Shown: positions 39,306 to 50,041, counted from the stretch's first letter. The stretch is DNA of 64,000 bases from Candidatus Kaelpia imicola (GCA_030765505.1 JAVCCL010000043.1:69686-133685); one strand, 5' to 3'. Translations and numbers: made by a program. The notes: generated by a model not told the origin, from the letters alone.

Positions 39306-41240
39306 ATGAAAACAAAAGAGAGAGTTCTGCTCTATTTTCTATTATTAATCTTAGTTTTAACAAAGCTGCAGTATTTATTTAAAGCGGGATTGTTATTTGA
39401 TACCTGGGAGATGTGCAATCTATTTATTGCAAATACAATAGTAAAACATCGGATATTTTTGCCCTCATTTTTTCATCTCTCTGTACCTTATGCAGGCGGC
39501 GGAGACTATCTGTATAGTCTTCTCTCTGCTCCTTTTGTCTATCTGTTTGGCAGCAACATTTTTTCAATTCGGATATTAACTATCTTTCTTAACATGGTTG
39601 AACTTAGCCTTCTTTTTTACATTGTAAATAGGTATTGGAGCTGGAGGGAGGCTCTTGGAGCTTCTTTATTATTCATATTTTGTTCTAAGTATATTTTTAT
39701 CTATTCTATTGTCGGTATGGGACGGCATTTTCATTTAGGTCTATTCTTTTTATTATCGCTGTTTTTCTACCTTAGATTTAAAGAGAAAAAGGGGTATCTC
39801 TCTGCTGTTCTATTTGGTCTCAGCATGGGTATTGGTAATTATTTCTATCCGGCTTTTGCAGTATTTATCTCTATTTTTATACTTTTTTTTCTGCTGAGCA
39901 TTGACTGGAAGAGAGTATCAGATTATCTTAAGATCTTCATTGTGCTTTCCTCTACGATACTATCAGGTCTCTTTTACAAAGTTGTTTTTTTAGATTTTAA
40001 CATTGCCTACACTTTTAAAAGTACTTTTATGCTCTCTACCCATTCCCCTAAGGCAATATTCCCGATAGATAATATTTTTATTATTGTAAAAAGGTTTATC
40101 TTATTCCTGTTTTTTCTGGTTCCGGATTTTTTATCTTTTAATCTTTTTCACACTGGAGAATATTTTAACCTCTTTAGAGATATTGAGAGTCTATCTTTAG
40201 TAAAAGCTTTTCAAGAAATATTTAACCTCTATCAATCTAAGAGTAACTCTTTGGATATCTTTTATGCCGATCTATACCGGGTAATCTTTATTCTATTTTT
40301 TGCAATTATTATTTCTTATATTCTTAAAAGAGCAAAAAACTTTAAGCAGTTTGTGATTGGAGAGAGAGGAAGAGATAAGAAAGCATTGAAAAACTCTATT
40401 ACAGCATTGCTCTCTGTAACAATATTGGTCTATTTTTTCTTATATATCTTAAATGGCCGCTCTATCACTACTTATAAATATTATCTACCGTTATTTATAC
40501 CGATTATTCTTGCTCTAACTATAGTTACTGCATGGAAAAAAAGTTTTTTCTTGCCGTTATTAATTATTTTGCTGATTCCCGGTTTTAACTTTCAGCTTCA
40601 AGCGTTAAAAACCTCTGATTCCAAAGGCAACCCTCTTATGCCGCTCTATTATGGCGACAAATCGACTTTAGAGTTTCTGGGCGATAGCAATAACTCAGAA
40701 CAAAAGAAACTTATAGAGCTAAATATAAATACAGCCCATACTCTGGGCTATATATTGGCTGATAGGAGTAAAGATTGCTCTGCATTGCGTCTGCTGGCTG
40801 GAGATATTTCTTTTTCAGATAAGGCTAGGCGTTTTTTCTGGGAAGGATGGTTTTCCAAGATGTTCTTAAATGAGAGCATAGATATTGATTATGTTAAAAA
40901 TTATCTCGCAGATTTAAAGAGAGAAGAGAGGTTTTTCGCTTTTTCCGGGATAGGCGAAGCTCTCATCCAGAATTCTATATATTGTCCGGATATATCTGAA
41001 TATTTTAAAAGTGCAGAGAGAGATATTTTAAAGATAACAACTATAGAGGAGAGAGTCTATTTTTATCAGGGTTTAGGCAGGGGCTTAGCTCGCTTATACG
41101 GTAGCGATGTCTATTCTGCAAAAGGGCCTTATATAGCTGATAAGAGGTTGTTCTATTCTTACCTTCAGATGGTAGATAGGGATAATATAACTGATTTTAT
41201 AAATGGGTTTTTACTTAAAGAGTTATGGCAGCCTTTATAG
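39306..41240 (+). CDS. GT-C-like polytopic membrane protein with helical-repeat C-terminal domain
   Basis: FDTWE early loop, LFGSNIFSIR (ArnT-like), many TM segments, KYYLP; C-terminal repeats of F-x-x-G-x-G type. Confidence 0.6.
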   Translation: MKTKERVLLYFLLLILVLTKLQYLFKAGLLFDTWEMCNLFIANTIVKHRIFLPSFFHLSVPYAGGGDYLYSLLSAPFVYLFGSNIFSIRILTIFLNMVELSLLFYIVNRYWSWREALGASLLFIFCSKYIFIYSIVGMGRHFHLGLFFLLSLFFYLRFKEKKGYLSAVLFGLSMGIGNYFYPAFAVFISIFILFFLLSIDWKRVSDYLKIFIVLSSTILSGLFYKVVFLDFNIAYTFKSTFMLSTHSPKAIFPIDNIFIIVKRFILFLFFLVPDFLSFNLFHTGEYFNLFRDIESLSLVKAFQEIFNLYQSKSNSLDIFYADLYRVIFILFFAIIISYILKRAKNFKQFVIGERGRDKKALKNSITALLSVTILVYFFLYILNGRSITTYKYYLPLFIPIILALTIVTAWKKSFFLPLLIILLIPGFNFQLQALKTSDSKGNPLMPLYYGDKSTLEFLGDSNNSEQKKLIELNINTAHTLGYILADRSKDCSALRLLAGDISFSDKARRFFWEGWFSKMFLNESIDIDYVKNYLADLKREERFFAFSGIGEALIQNSIYCPDISEYFKSAERDILKITTIEERVYFYQGLGRGLARLYGSDVYSAKGPYIADKRLFYSYLQMVDRDNITDFINGFLLKELWQPL

Positions 41241-41257
41241 ATTGGTGCTTAATTGTC

Positions 41258-41956
41258 CTATGATTTTCGAGCTCTAAAGATTGAGCTTACTCCAAAAGGT
41301 ATATTGAATCTCTTAGAAAAGGCTAAGTCCCATCTTATAAAAAAGAAGGAGAGATTGTTTAAAAAATCAGGTAGATTTATACAGTCATCCGTCTCTTTTT
41401 TTATATTTAATATTTTTTGAAATTTTCTGAATAGATATACAGCTAAAAATATTGTCCAGCCAAAAAGATCAACTTCTGTATTACTAAAGCCGGATTTGGA
41501 TAGTTTATCCAAGAGTTCTCTCTTTCTGTAGCGGCGGTAATGCTTGTTAAGCTTATCTTGCTGTCCCCAGAGGGTAGGCGACATGGGTAGAGAGCCGAAT
41601 AGAAGTCCGGATTTCTCTAAAACTCTGGATATCTCTTCTAAGGCTCTCTTGTCATCTTTTATATGCTCTAATACTTCAAAGGAGACTACAATTTTAAAGC
41701 TCTCTTTTTTAAACGGTAGATTGGTCAAATTCGCGATTACTCGATTCTCTATAGTGTTGTTATCCATTGTTTTTAAATCCAGGGCTATTATTTTTTTATA
41801 GTTTAAGGCTATATTTGAAAAATAACCGTTGCCGCAGCCTGCATCAAGTATCAATGTCTCTTCGGGCATCTTTAGTTTTTTGAGGGTTTTTAGTGCGGTC
41901 TCATACTTTATCTTTATCCACCAGTAGTTGTGGGTAAGCTTAAAATAGTTCAGCAT
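41258..41956 (-). CDS. Class I SAM-dependent methyltransferase (glycan-cluster type)
   Basis: ILDAGCGNG, FEVLEHI, HYRRY, PFGVS. Confidence 0.87.
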   Translation of the reverse strand: MLNYFKLTHNYWWIKIKYETALKTLKKLKMPEETLILDAGCGNGYFSNIALNYKKIIALDLKTMDNNTIENRVIANLTNLPFKKESFKIVVSFEVLEHIKDDKRALEEISRVLEKSGLLFGSLPMSPTLWGQQDKLNKHYRRYRKRELLDKLSKSGFSNTEVDLFGWTIFLAVYLFRKFQKILNIKKETDDCINLPDFLNNLSFFFIRWDLAFSKRFNIPFGVSSIFRARKS

Positions 41957-42665
41957 CTTTTTTTATCCTGCGAGTAGATTTCCATATTCGGAATACCTCT
42001 CTAAGTGTTCTTGGAATATCCTGGATGCCTATCTTTGAATAATCTCCGAGTCTTGGAAAATGTTCTACGGATATCTCAGCGATAGAAAGATTGAATATTT
42101 TTGCTTTTGCCAATATCTCTGTATTTACAGAGAATCTTTTAGATTCAATAGTTATTTTATTAAAGATGTCTTTATGAAATAGTTTAAAAGCGCAGTCTAT
42201 GTCCTTCACATTAAGGTTGAATATGTATCGCATGAGCAGGTTATAGCCTTTTGAGAGCACTATTCTCAAAAGAGAGTCTTTTCTTATTTTACGATAGCCG
42301 ATTACTATATCATGGTTTCTAATGCTCGGTAGTAATAGTTCAAGGTTTTTTATGTCAAACTGCCTGTCGGAATCAGTAAAGAATATTGTATCATTACTGC
42401 AGTTTTTAAATCCTGTCGCTAACGATGCACCGTAACCTGTATTAGAGTTATGCTTGATAAGTTTTATTCTATCGTTATGAAGGCTCAATCTATGGGCTAT
42501 AGAGAAAGAGCTATCTTTACTCCCGTCATCTACTAGTATAATTTCATAGGATTGGAACTTTTGAACTAAATAATCGTTAATATCTGTTATGGCTCTCTCT
42601 ATATGATACTGTTCATTATAAAATGGCAGTACTACGCTTATTGAATGCCTGATTATTTTTTCCAT
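41940..42665 (-). CDS. GT2 polyprenol-phosphate sugar synthase (DPM1/Alg5-like)
   Basis: SVVLPFYNE, VDDGSKD, GYGAS, TDSDRQF, DIDCAFKL. Confidence 0.88.
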   Translation of the reverse strand: MEKIIRHSISVVLPFYNEQYHIERAITDINDYLVQKFQSYEIILVDDGSKDSSFSIAHRLSLHNDRIKLIKHNSNTGYGASLATGFKNCSNDTIFFTDSDRQFDIKNLELLLPSIRNHDIVIGYRKIRKDSLLRIVLSKGYNLLMRYIFNLNVKDIDCAFKLFHKDIFNKITIESKRFSVNTEILAKAKIFNLSIAEISVEHFPRLGDYSKIGIQDIPRTLREVFRIWKSTRRIKKDAELF

Positions 42666-44302
42666 AGCAATAGGTGTGTTATTAAATTCTTTGAATCAGT
42701 GCTTGTTAGTCTTAGTTTAAGTACTTCCTCTCTCTCTATGTTATCGGAGAGTGAATAGAGCCTGCTCTCTTCTTCAGGCATGATTCTAAAGACCGATATT
42801 GACTCTTTGAAGCTTTTTGCATCCATTATTATCTGTTCTATATCTTTAGCTGTAAATATCAACCTATATTTGAGAGAGTGCTTATCGGCGTATATTTTAA
42901 GGTAGGCGCTTATTTCACTACATAGTTGATGGGATTTGCTCTCTCTAATAAACATATCTATTATCAATTTATCAGTTGAGTATATTTTGATCTGCTCTAT
43001 TATACTCTGAAAGATAATCTTATTATTATAATCCGGCGGTCTTACCTCATAATTGTATAACAGGGGATAGATATTACCTTTAGCGTCATAATAATCTCTA
43101 TCTTTGAAGAGTTTTGTTTTAAGAAGGGGTTTCTGCTTGATCTCTAGGAAAGAGGATGAAATATTCTGCGTTATCCCGAATAAAAACAATACCGAGATTG
43201 TTGTATTGCGTAATCCTTTTTTAAGTCCGGATATGAATATGGCCGATATTATGGCGCATATTGGGATATAGCCGATACTGTAACGCGCCCATTTTACATC
43301 TCCGGTTTGAAGGAAGAGATAGGGGATTAAAATAGCTAACCATAGATGTGTAAAATTTTGGTCTATTTTTTTTCGAAAGATTAGATTTATAGTGCCCGAG
43401 ATAAACACTAAGAAGAATGGTAATGATAGTTGATAATTTATAAGTGTAAAAAGATAGAAAAACCAGGAGTTTAAGCTGCCAGACGGTATCGTCTCTCCAC
43501 CTATTAGACCCTTTCTGCTGTAGCTCATAAGCAGGTATCTAATTATCTCTTTATAGTTTTTTACATAGTAGCCTATAGCAGGGGCTAAGGCGATAAAGAT
43601 TATTAGCGCTATATTTAAACATTTAGTCTTATTGGTAGATGTTGAGTTTTTATTCCAGTTAATTATTAGCTTAAAGAGTTCATAGATAATGCCTGGGACA
43701 ACAAATATCAAGAAGTGATATTTAGTTAATAGCCCCAAACAGAGAGATAGCCCCAGGAGTATTGAATATTTGGTGTTTGAGAAGTTCTGGCTTTTTATAA
43801 TCAGATAGATTATCAGGGGAACTAAAGCCAGGATAAGTGTCTCTAACATCGGATAGCGGGATATTCCGTAAGTTGCAGGATAGAGTGTCAGGATAATAAA
43901 GCTTATGCAGCCTGCAGACCTATTTTTAAGAACTGATGATATTTTATAGCTAAATAGAGCTGATATTAATACTATTACAGAGTTAACTGTTACTACTGTC
44001 ATATGATTTATTCTTCCCAGAATTAATCCTGTCAGGGAATGAATCAGAAAATAGAGTGAGGGATAAGAGCTATGGCCGTAGCTCAAGTAAAGAGAGTCTT
44101 TTAAGAATCCAATGTCGTGTTGTAAATTTATAAAAAGGTCTATTATGCTATTAAAATTATCTGAGCCCATACACATATAGCTAAAGTTGAAATTATAATG
44201 TTCCCAGAGTAGATTTATTGCTATAAAAAGTAATGCAGAGATAGACAGCAGGGTCATCAGCAGATGCTTGCTGTTTTTTTTATCTATCTTATTTATCGAC
44301 AT
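42653..44302 (-). CDS. GT-C membrane glycosyltransferase (ArnT/PMT-like)
   Basis: YPSLYF, LYPATYGISR, GLLTK, RYSIG; multi-TM. Confidence 0.75.
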   Translation of the reverse strand: MSINKIDKKNSKHLLMTLLSISALLFIAINLLWEHYNFNFSYMCMGSDNFNSIIDLFINLQHDIGFLKDSLYLSYGHSSYPSLYFLIHSLTGLILGRINHMTVVTVNSVIVLISALFSYKISSVLKNRSAGCISFIILTLYPATYGISRYPMLETLILALVPLIIYLIIKSQNFSNTKYSILLGLSLCLGLLTKYHFLIFVVPGIIYELFKLIINWNKNSTSTNKTKCLNIALIIFIALAPAIGYYVKNYKEIIRYLLMSYSRKGLIGGETIPSGSLNSWFFYLFTLINYQLSLPFFLVFISGTINLIFRKKIDQNFTHLWLAILIPYLFLQTGDVKWARYSIGYIPICAIISAIFISGLKKGLRNTTISVLFLFGITQNISSSFLEIKQKPLLKTKLFKDRDYYDAKGNIYPLLYNYEVRPPDYNNKIIFQSIIEQIKIYSTDKLIIDMFIRESKSHQLCSEISAYLKIYADKHSLKYRLIFTAKDIEQIIMDAKSFKESISVFRIMPEEESRLYSLSDNIEREEVLKLRLTSTDSKNLITHLLLWKK

Positions 44303-45737
44303 TATCGTATCCGTATATATGGTAGTAAATCAGTAGATAGGCTATATTGAGACCGTTTTTAATCAGACCCTTGTAGATATAGATAGAGAGGTGAAGAAAA
44401 TATTTAAGGCCCTGTTTTCTAATCATAGATAGTAATCTTTTGCCGAAGGTTATAAAATAGGCCAGTTTCTGATAATGTTCAATCTCTTTAGGCGTAAGCT
44501 CTTTAGTGTATATAGCTGCTCCAAAGGTTATATTATTAGCCTTCTTCCATCTTCTCTTATCTATCTTACCCCCTAAAGAGTATATCTGTTCGATGCTTTC
44601 TCTTGTGAAAGGCTTATAGATAAAAAATGCAGAGCGTTCCGCCTTTATCTTATCAGCAAATCTTATAGTATCCTTTATTGTCTTTTTTGTCTCTCCCGGG
44701 CCGCCTAATATATAAAAAGCGGTTAATGCTATATTATATTCTTTGCAGAGTTTGGCTATCTCTGTAATTTTTTTATTGCTAACAGGTTTTTTGTAAATAT
44801 TACTTCGTATATACTCATTACCGGTTTCAATTCCGACTCTCAACAATGCACACCCGGACTTGGCGAGGATTTTGAGCCTATCCTCATCCAGGTTGTCTAT
44901 TCGGGCAAAAGAACTGAACTTTATCTCCTTAGCCAGCCCTAATTTACGGTAATTATAACAGAACTCTTCAAGCCAGGTCCGGTCTATTGTAAATACAGGG
45001 TCAAATAATTGCAGCAGCCTTAGATTGCGGTTTTTGTATTTGTTCCAGTGGTATAACATCTCTTGGGCATAATCTTTTGGATTGCGCATTCTGAAATAAT
45101 TTCCTCCCACTGCATCTGATATTCCATGAGCATCGCAATAGCTGCATCTGTAAGGACAGCCCCTGGAACCGATAATGTATAGCATGCCCAGAAAATAGAA
45201 GTATCTATCCAGGTCTTCCCAGAGATCCCAGTCGGGATAGGGGAGGGCGTCCAGATTCTCATTGAAGCTGCCGCCGCCGTTCCTTATGATCTGGTCTTCT
45301 CTCTTGAACCAGATACCTTCAGTATTATATGGTTCTTCGTTATCCCTGACTCTATTCAGATAGTTTAAAAGCGGTATCTCTCCATCTCCGATATAGACAG
45401 CATCGCATTCAGGAATGTTGATTGTCTCTTCAGGGTATATCGATGCGTGATGCCCTCCCACCATTATGGGTAGATTGTAATGTTCTTTAATCTCTTCCAT
45501 CACGGTCTTTACATACTGCATATACATCGTATTGCTTGAGAAGCCGATTAAGTCTGGCTTATGTTTTTCTATTTTTGTTTTTAAATATTCTCTCCAGTGT
45601 CTTTTGTGAAAAGTTAGATCTATTATTGAAGCTGAATGTTCTGATTTTTTGTTTACGTAACTAGCAAGATAAGTGATAGCTATATCCATAGCGCTATAGT
45701 CATTACCGAGAGTAGGATTTATAAAACTTATATGCAT
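44289..45737 (-). CDS. Cobalamin-binding radical SAM protein
   Basis: YLASY, PDLIGFS, VGGHH, GDGE; SRGCPYRCSYC; GIETG; GGPGET. Confidence 0.9.
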   Translation of the reverse strand: MHISFINPTLGNDYSAMDIAITYLASYVNKKSEHSASIIDLTFHKRHWREYLKTKIEKHKPDLIGFSSNTMYMQYVKTVMEEIKEHYNLPIMVGGHHASIYPEETINIPECDAVYIGDGEIPLLNYLNRVRDNEEPYNTEGIWFKREDQIIRNGGGSFNENLDALPYPDWDLWEDLDRYFYFLGMLYIIGSRGCPYRCSYCDAHGISDAVGGNYFRMRNPKDYAQEMLYHWNKYKNRNLRLLQLFDPVFTIDRTWLEEFCYNYRKLGLAKEIKFSSFARIDNLDEDRLKILAKSGCALLRVGIETGNEYIRSNIYKKPVSNKKITEIAKLCKEYNIALTAFYILGGPGETKKTIKDTIRFADKIKAERSAFFIYKPFTRESIEQIYSLGGKIDKRRWKKANNITFGAAIYTKELTPKEIEHYQKLAYFITFGKRLLSMIRKQGLKYFLHLSIYIYKGLIKNGLNIAYLLIYYHIYGYDNVDK

Positions 45738-45738
45738 T

Positions 45739-47121
45739 TTAAAAGAACCTCGCTATCTTATTTAAGAGTTTTTTTATTCCTCGGAGACTCCTGAAGTGTC
45801 TCATTAAGTAAGCCCAGTGACGCGGGTGAAGATAGAATAGAGTGACACCTGTTTTTTGGAGTAAGGATACAACAAGAGCATTATTATTCCCGTTTTGAAA
45901 TGATACCTTAGAATAGTAATCGAAATTACTGGAGGAGCCGAGTATTTTGAATATAGATAGTTTCTTCATTTTTTGATAAAGCAGCGTTCCGATAAAAGGA
46001 GTTGTTATCGAAAAGCTCGCTTCGGCAAGATTCAATTTTAAAGATAGGTTTATAGTCTTTAAGATCTCTTTTTTTGATTCATCCGGTGCGCCTATCATAA
46101 AGAAACCCGAGGGGTAGATCCTGCTCTTCCTGGTACTCTCTATGGTTTTGCCTACTCTCTTTAGCTCTATCCCTTTATTGTAGACCTGGTCTAATATTCT
46201 TTGAGACCCTGATTCAATCCCGTAATGTATTACTCTTAAGCCTGATTGATACATCTTATTGAGCAGCTCTTCATCAACAGTATCTATCCTGCTGTTGCAG
46301 CCCCAGAGTATATTCATCTTATTGTTTTGGATTATATCGCAGAATCTATTTATCCAATCTCTGTTTACGGGTAGGGTATCATCATGAAAAAAGAAATTTT
46401 CTATTCTAAAACTCTCTCTATAGTAATTTAGCTCTTTTATCAGATACTGAGGGCTTTTATAGCGTATACCGTCTCCGAATATCAATCGTAAGGTAGGTTG
46501 GCAGTAGCTGCAGTTGAATAAGCATCCTCTTGAGGCTATGACATTTAACCCTCTTTTAGCCGGATCCAAAGGGTCGAGGTAGTGCCATAGGTCGAAGTAT
46601 TGGTCAAGATTTTCAAGTAGATCCAGCGCTGGTATCTCTAAAGAGTCAAGCTCTATTTGTTTGCGTTCTTCCCGGCTTTTAAATATTGTTCTATCTCTCT
46701 TGAAATATATACTTGGAACACTATCTAAATCTCTTTGAGGCAGCCTCTCTATCAGCCGGTTCATGGTATCCTCTGCTTCACCTATGACTGCGATATCGAC
46801 AATATCTATTATGCTCTCCGGTGCTACTGTTACCTGGGGTCCGCCTGCAATGAGAATAGTGGTTTTAGGAAGCTCTCTTATCAGTTCCCGGACAGCTTTA
46901 TACATAACAGAGTCTATATATATGCCTATGGCTTGGGGTCTTATTCTGGATATCTCATTCTTTATTTTTTTAAAGGAGTTGTGAAAGGTACTATCCAGTA
47001 TGTTTATCTTTAGCTCTGGATGCTGTCTTTTTAGATAAGAGGCTATTGAGCATATTCCTAAAGGAGGGTCTCCGGATCTATATTTTAGACGCGGGAAGAT
47101 AAAAGTTAATGAATCTATCAT
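45739..47121 (-). CDS. Cobalamin-binding radical SAM protein
   Basis: PPLGICSIASY, AGGPQ, GEAE; SRGCLFNCSYC; FHDD; GIESGS; GAPDES. Confidence 0.9.
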   Translation of the reverse strand: MIDSLTFIFPRLKYRSGDPPLGICSIASYLKRQHPELKINILDSTFHNSFKKIKNEISRIRPQAIGIYIDSVMYKAVRELIRELPKTTILIAGGPQVTVAPESIIDIVDIAVIGEAEDTMNRLIERLPQRDLDSVPSIYFKRDRTIFKSREERKQIELDSLEIPALDLLENLDQYFDLWHYLDPLDPAKRGLNVIASRGCLFNCSYCQPTLRLIFGDGIRYKSPQYLIKELNYYRESFRIENFFFHDDTLPVNRDWINRFCDIIQNNKMNILWGCNSRIDTVDEELLNKMYQSGLRVIHYGIESGSQRILDQVYNKGIELKRVGKTIESTRKSRIYPSGFFMIGAPDESKKEILKTINLSLKLNLAEASFSITTPFIGTLLYQKMKKLSIFKILGSSSNFDYYSKVSFQNGNNNALVVSLLQKTGVTLFYLHPRHWAYLMRHFRSLRGIKKLLNKIARFF

Positions 47122-47236
47122 TGATAGCCTTGTTGATTTTAAGTTATAAAGTTATCTAATGTGTATTGACTATTATAGCATCTCATTCTGTTTTGGACTA
47201 TAAAGCATAAAGTTTAGATGTTTTAGCATTCTATTA

Positions 47237-48757
47237 TCAAATATTATCATTTTTATTCCAAGGTGTCTTTTTAAATAAAAAGATTGAGATTTTTAATATC
47301 GGGTCGAATCTACAGTCAAATATTATTTGCTTGCTATAGAGCAACTCGTATCCAATGATGCCGGTTTTATCTAATGCCGATTCTTTACTGCTAAATATAA
47401 TGAAATCATTATCTGCTTCCAAAGCTTCTTGGTGGTCTTCAAAAAACATCACATTTCTAAATCCGCGTTCTGTTAAGAATATACGCAACCACTGCGAGTA
47501 GCCATCTTCTTCAATTAGGGCTATCTTTACAAAGTTACGATTAGAGTTATTGAGATGCAAAAGCAGACCATTGAATTTTAACAATCTTATAGGGTTGCCA
47601 TACCTTGTATGCTTTGGGATAAAATATTTAGAGATGTTATCAGGTTTCATCAGTTTTGAGTTTACGAAGAAGCTGAATTTGAAAAAATATAGCAAACCGA
47701 AATATAATGTTATTATCCAGATTAATATTTTTAATTTTCTCCATTTTAATTCAGTTACCCCGTATGCTGATATAATAGCTAGTGCTGGCATTATAGGAAT
47801 TATATAACGGTCTCTCTTGGTTGTAGCTATGCTCAGTATAATCATCGAAAGGATAATCCAGCTAAACAATATATGTCTCTCTTTCTGTTTTTTCTTCAGG
47901 AGATAGTATAGGCCTAAAGCGATTAATGAGATTGAATAATAAGAGAGAGATAGGTTGCCTAAAGTAGAGATATAAAAGAATATCGGTTGATTATCTTTAA
48001 GAGTTGATAGTTTTATCAAGTCTTTTATCCGGTATTCTAAAGGGTAATAATATATCAGTGCTATTAGGAGAGTAAATGCAAAACAGATTATGAGATTGTT
48101 TAAATTGTTTTTCTTCTGTCCTCTTATAGTGATATAGGCAAGGTAGATTAAAGGTCCTGATATAAAAACTAAAACACTCTGTTTTGTAAGCAACCCCAAC
48201 CCTAATATTATTCCGCAGATTATAGAGTTGTATCTTTTGGAGAAAAAATCACTCTCTATAAGCGCAAGTATCGAGCAGGTTACCATTGTTGTAGTTGGTA
48301 ATATTAAATTGTAGCTGCGGGAATAGAGGTAGATTGGGGGATAGAGGGATAATATTGCAGCAGCCATCAATCCTGTCTCTCTGTCTTTTAGGTGCTTTCC
48401 GATAGTATAGGTTGCTATGATAAGGAAGATAAGGAATAGAGAGTTTGTCATGGCGTAAGTTGTATATCTTAAGCCTGCAATCTGTATAAATGCGAATGAG
48501 ATAAGATAAAATAGATGCGGTTTTTCGGCTTTAGGGTTAGCAAAGGTTCTAAATATAGCAGTTGGACTATACTCTTTATCATATTTAAGATAGCTATAGA
48601 TACCGGTAATTCCTCCGATATGCCCTATCTCTTCTGCCAGTTCAGGGTAGGTATTAGCATTAATTCATATGATGTTTGCACTTAGATGGAATAGTACGAT
48701 TGTTAAGAGAAGTAATATATATTTCTGTTTTTTGATTCCGGAAATACGACTGAGCAT
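47237..48757 (-). pseudogene. GT-C membrane glycosyltransferase with in-frame TGA at codon 31 (48667-48665)
   Basis: From ATG 48757: MLSRISGIKKQKYILLLLTIVLFHLSANII*INANTYP...KPHLFY... in frame with ORF 47237-48451 (LYPPIYLYSR, GLLTK, RYIIP). TATAAT lies 6 nt before ATG 48757. Confidence 0.8.
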
Positions 48758-48868
48758 TTTAACATTATATATGGTAGTATAATTACAGCATAGGAAAAAT
48801 ATTGTTTTTGGAATAGAAAAAAGGTTGCTTTTCGGGTATCATATTGTTTTAAATAATCGGAGGATATT

Positions 48869-50041
48869 ATGGCTAAAAAAATAGTTTTGGCGTATTCAGG
48901 AGGTCTTGATACATCTGTTGCTATTCCATGGTTAATAGATAAGGGGTATGAGGTAACTGCTTTTAGCGCCGATGTTGGCCAGGGAAAAAAGAGTTTCGAT
49001 TCTGTCCTTAGAAGAGCCAAAAAAGCAGGAGCCAAGAGAATTATTTTCAGGGATTTAAAGAAAGAGTTTATCGAGAACTATGCTTTTAGCGCCCTTAAGG
49101 CCGAAGCTCTATACGAGAACAGGTACTATCTGGCTACTGCTCTATCCAGGCCTCTTATTGCCAAGCACCTTGTAGATATTGCAAAGAGAGAGAAGGCTCA
49201 GGCCATAGCTCACGGTTGTACCGGCAAGGGCAATGATCAGGTTAGGTTTGAAGTTGCTGTAAAAATTTTGGCTCCAAAGATGGAGATAGTTGCTCCTTTA
49301 AGAATCTGGGAACTTAAAAGCAGGGAAGAGGAGATTGAATATGCGAAGCTGAAGAGAGTTCCAATAGAGGTTAAGGAGTCCACTTATAGCATTGACAGGA
49401 ACCTCTGGGGTTTAAGTATTGAGTGCGGAGTGCTTGAAGAGATAGATAAGGAGACGCCGGAGGATATATTTATGCTTACAAGTTCTCTGGATAAGACTCC
49501 TAAGAAAGCAGAATATATAGAGGTTGAGTTTAAAAAAGGAGTGCCCGTAGGTTTAAACTCCAAGAAGTTATCTGCAGTTGAGATAGTTAGTAAGCTTAAT
49601 AAGATAGCCGGCAGGCATGGTATAGGCAGGGCGGATATGGTGGAGAATAGGTTGATTGGAATAAAAAGCAGGGAGGTATATGAATCCCCTGCTGCTGCCG
49701 TACTATATTTTGCTCACAGAGAGCTGGAATCTCTGGTTTTAGATAGAGAGTTATCCCACTTTAAAAACTCTATCTCCAGTAAATATGCAGAGTTAATTTA
49801 TTACGGTCTCTGGTTTACACCTTTAAGAGAAGCATTGGACAGTTTTATTGATTTTACGCAGGGCTCTGTCAATGGAAAGATAAAGTTGAAATTGCATAAA
49901 GGCAATATTAAAGTTGCAGGAAGAGAGTCCAAGAATTCAAAATATAACTATAACATGGCTACATATACCGATAAAGATAAGTTTGAACATAAGGCGTCTG
50001 AGGGTTTTATAAAGATATGGTCTCAAGCCTATATGAGGTAA
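48869..50041 (+). CDS. argG: Argininosuccinate synthase
   Basis: LAYSGGLDTS, HGCTGKGNDQVRFE, IKSREVYE. Confidence 0.97.
   Translation: MAKKIVLAYSGGLDTSVAIPWLIDKGYEVTAFSADVGQGKKSFDSVLRRAKKAGAKRIIFRDLKKEFIENYAFSALKAEALYENRYYLATALSRPLIAKHLVDIAKREKAQAIAHGCTGKGNDQVRFEVAVKILAPKMEIVAPLRIWELKSREEEIEYAKLKRVPIEVKESTYSIDRNLWGLSIECGVLEEIDKETPEDIFMLTSSLDKTPKKAEYIEVEFKKGVPVGLNSKKLSAVEIVSKLNKIAGRHGIGRADMVENRLIGIKSREVYESPAAAVLYFAHRELESLVLDRELSHFKNSISSKYAELIYYGLWFTPLREALDSFIDFTQGSVNGKIKLKLHKGNIKVAGRESKNSKYNYNMATYTDKDKFEHKASEGFIKIWSQAYMR

Noticed and set aside
44289-47121. rSAM pair as hopanoid (HpnJ/HpnP), BchE or RiPP maturases
   Set aside because: No squalene-hopene cyclase, photosynthesis genes, SPASM domain or precursor peptide in the window; cannot be excluded genome-wide.
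20626-48667. Alternative genetic code (TAA=Gln, TGA=Trp/Sec) explaining the in-frame stops
   Set aside because: TAA and TGA end many conserved genes at the expected place (dnaK and gap TAA; recR and argD TGA). The TGA is not at a Cys-type site.
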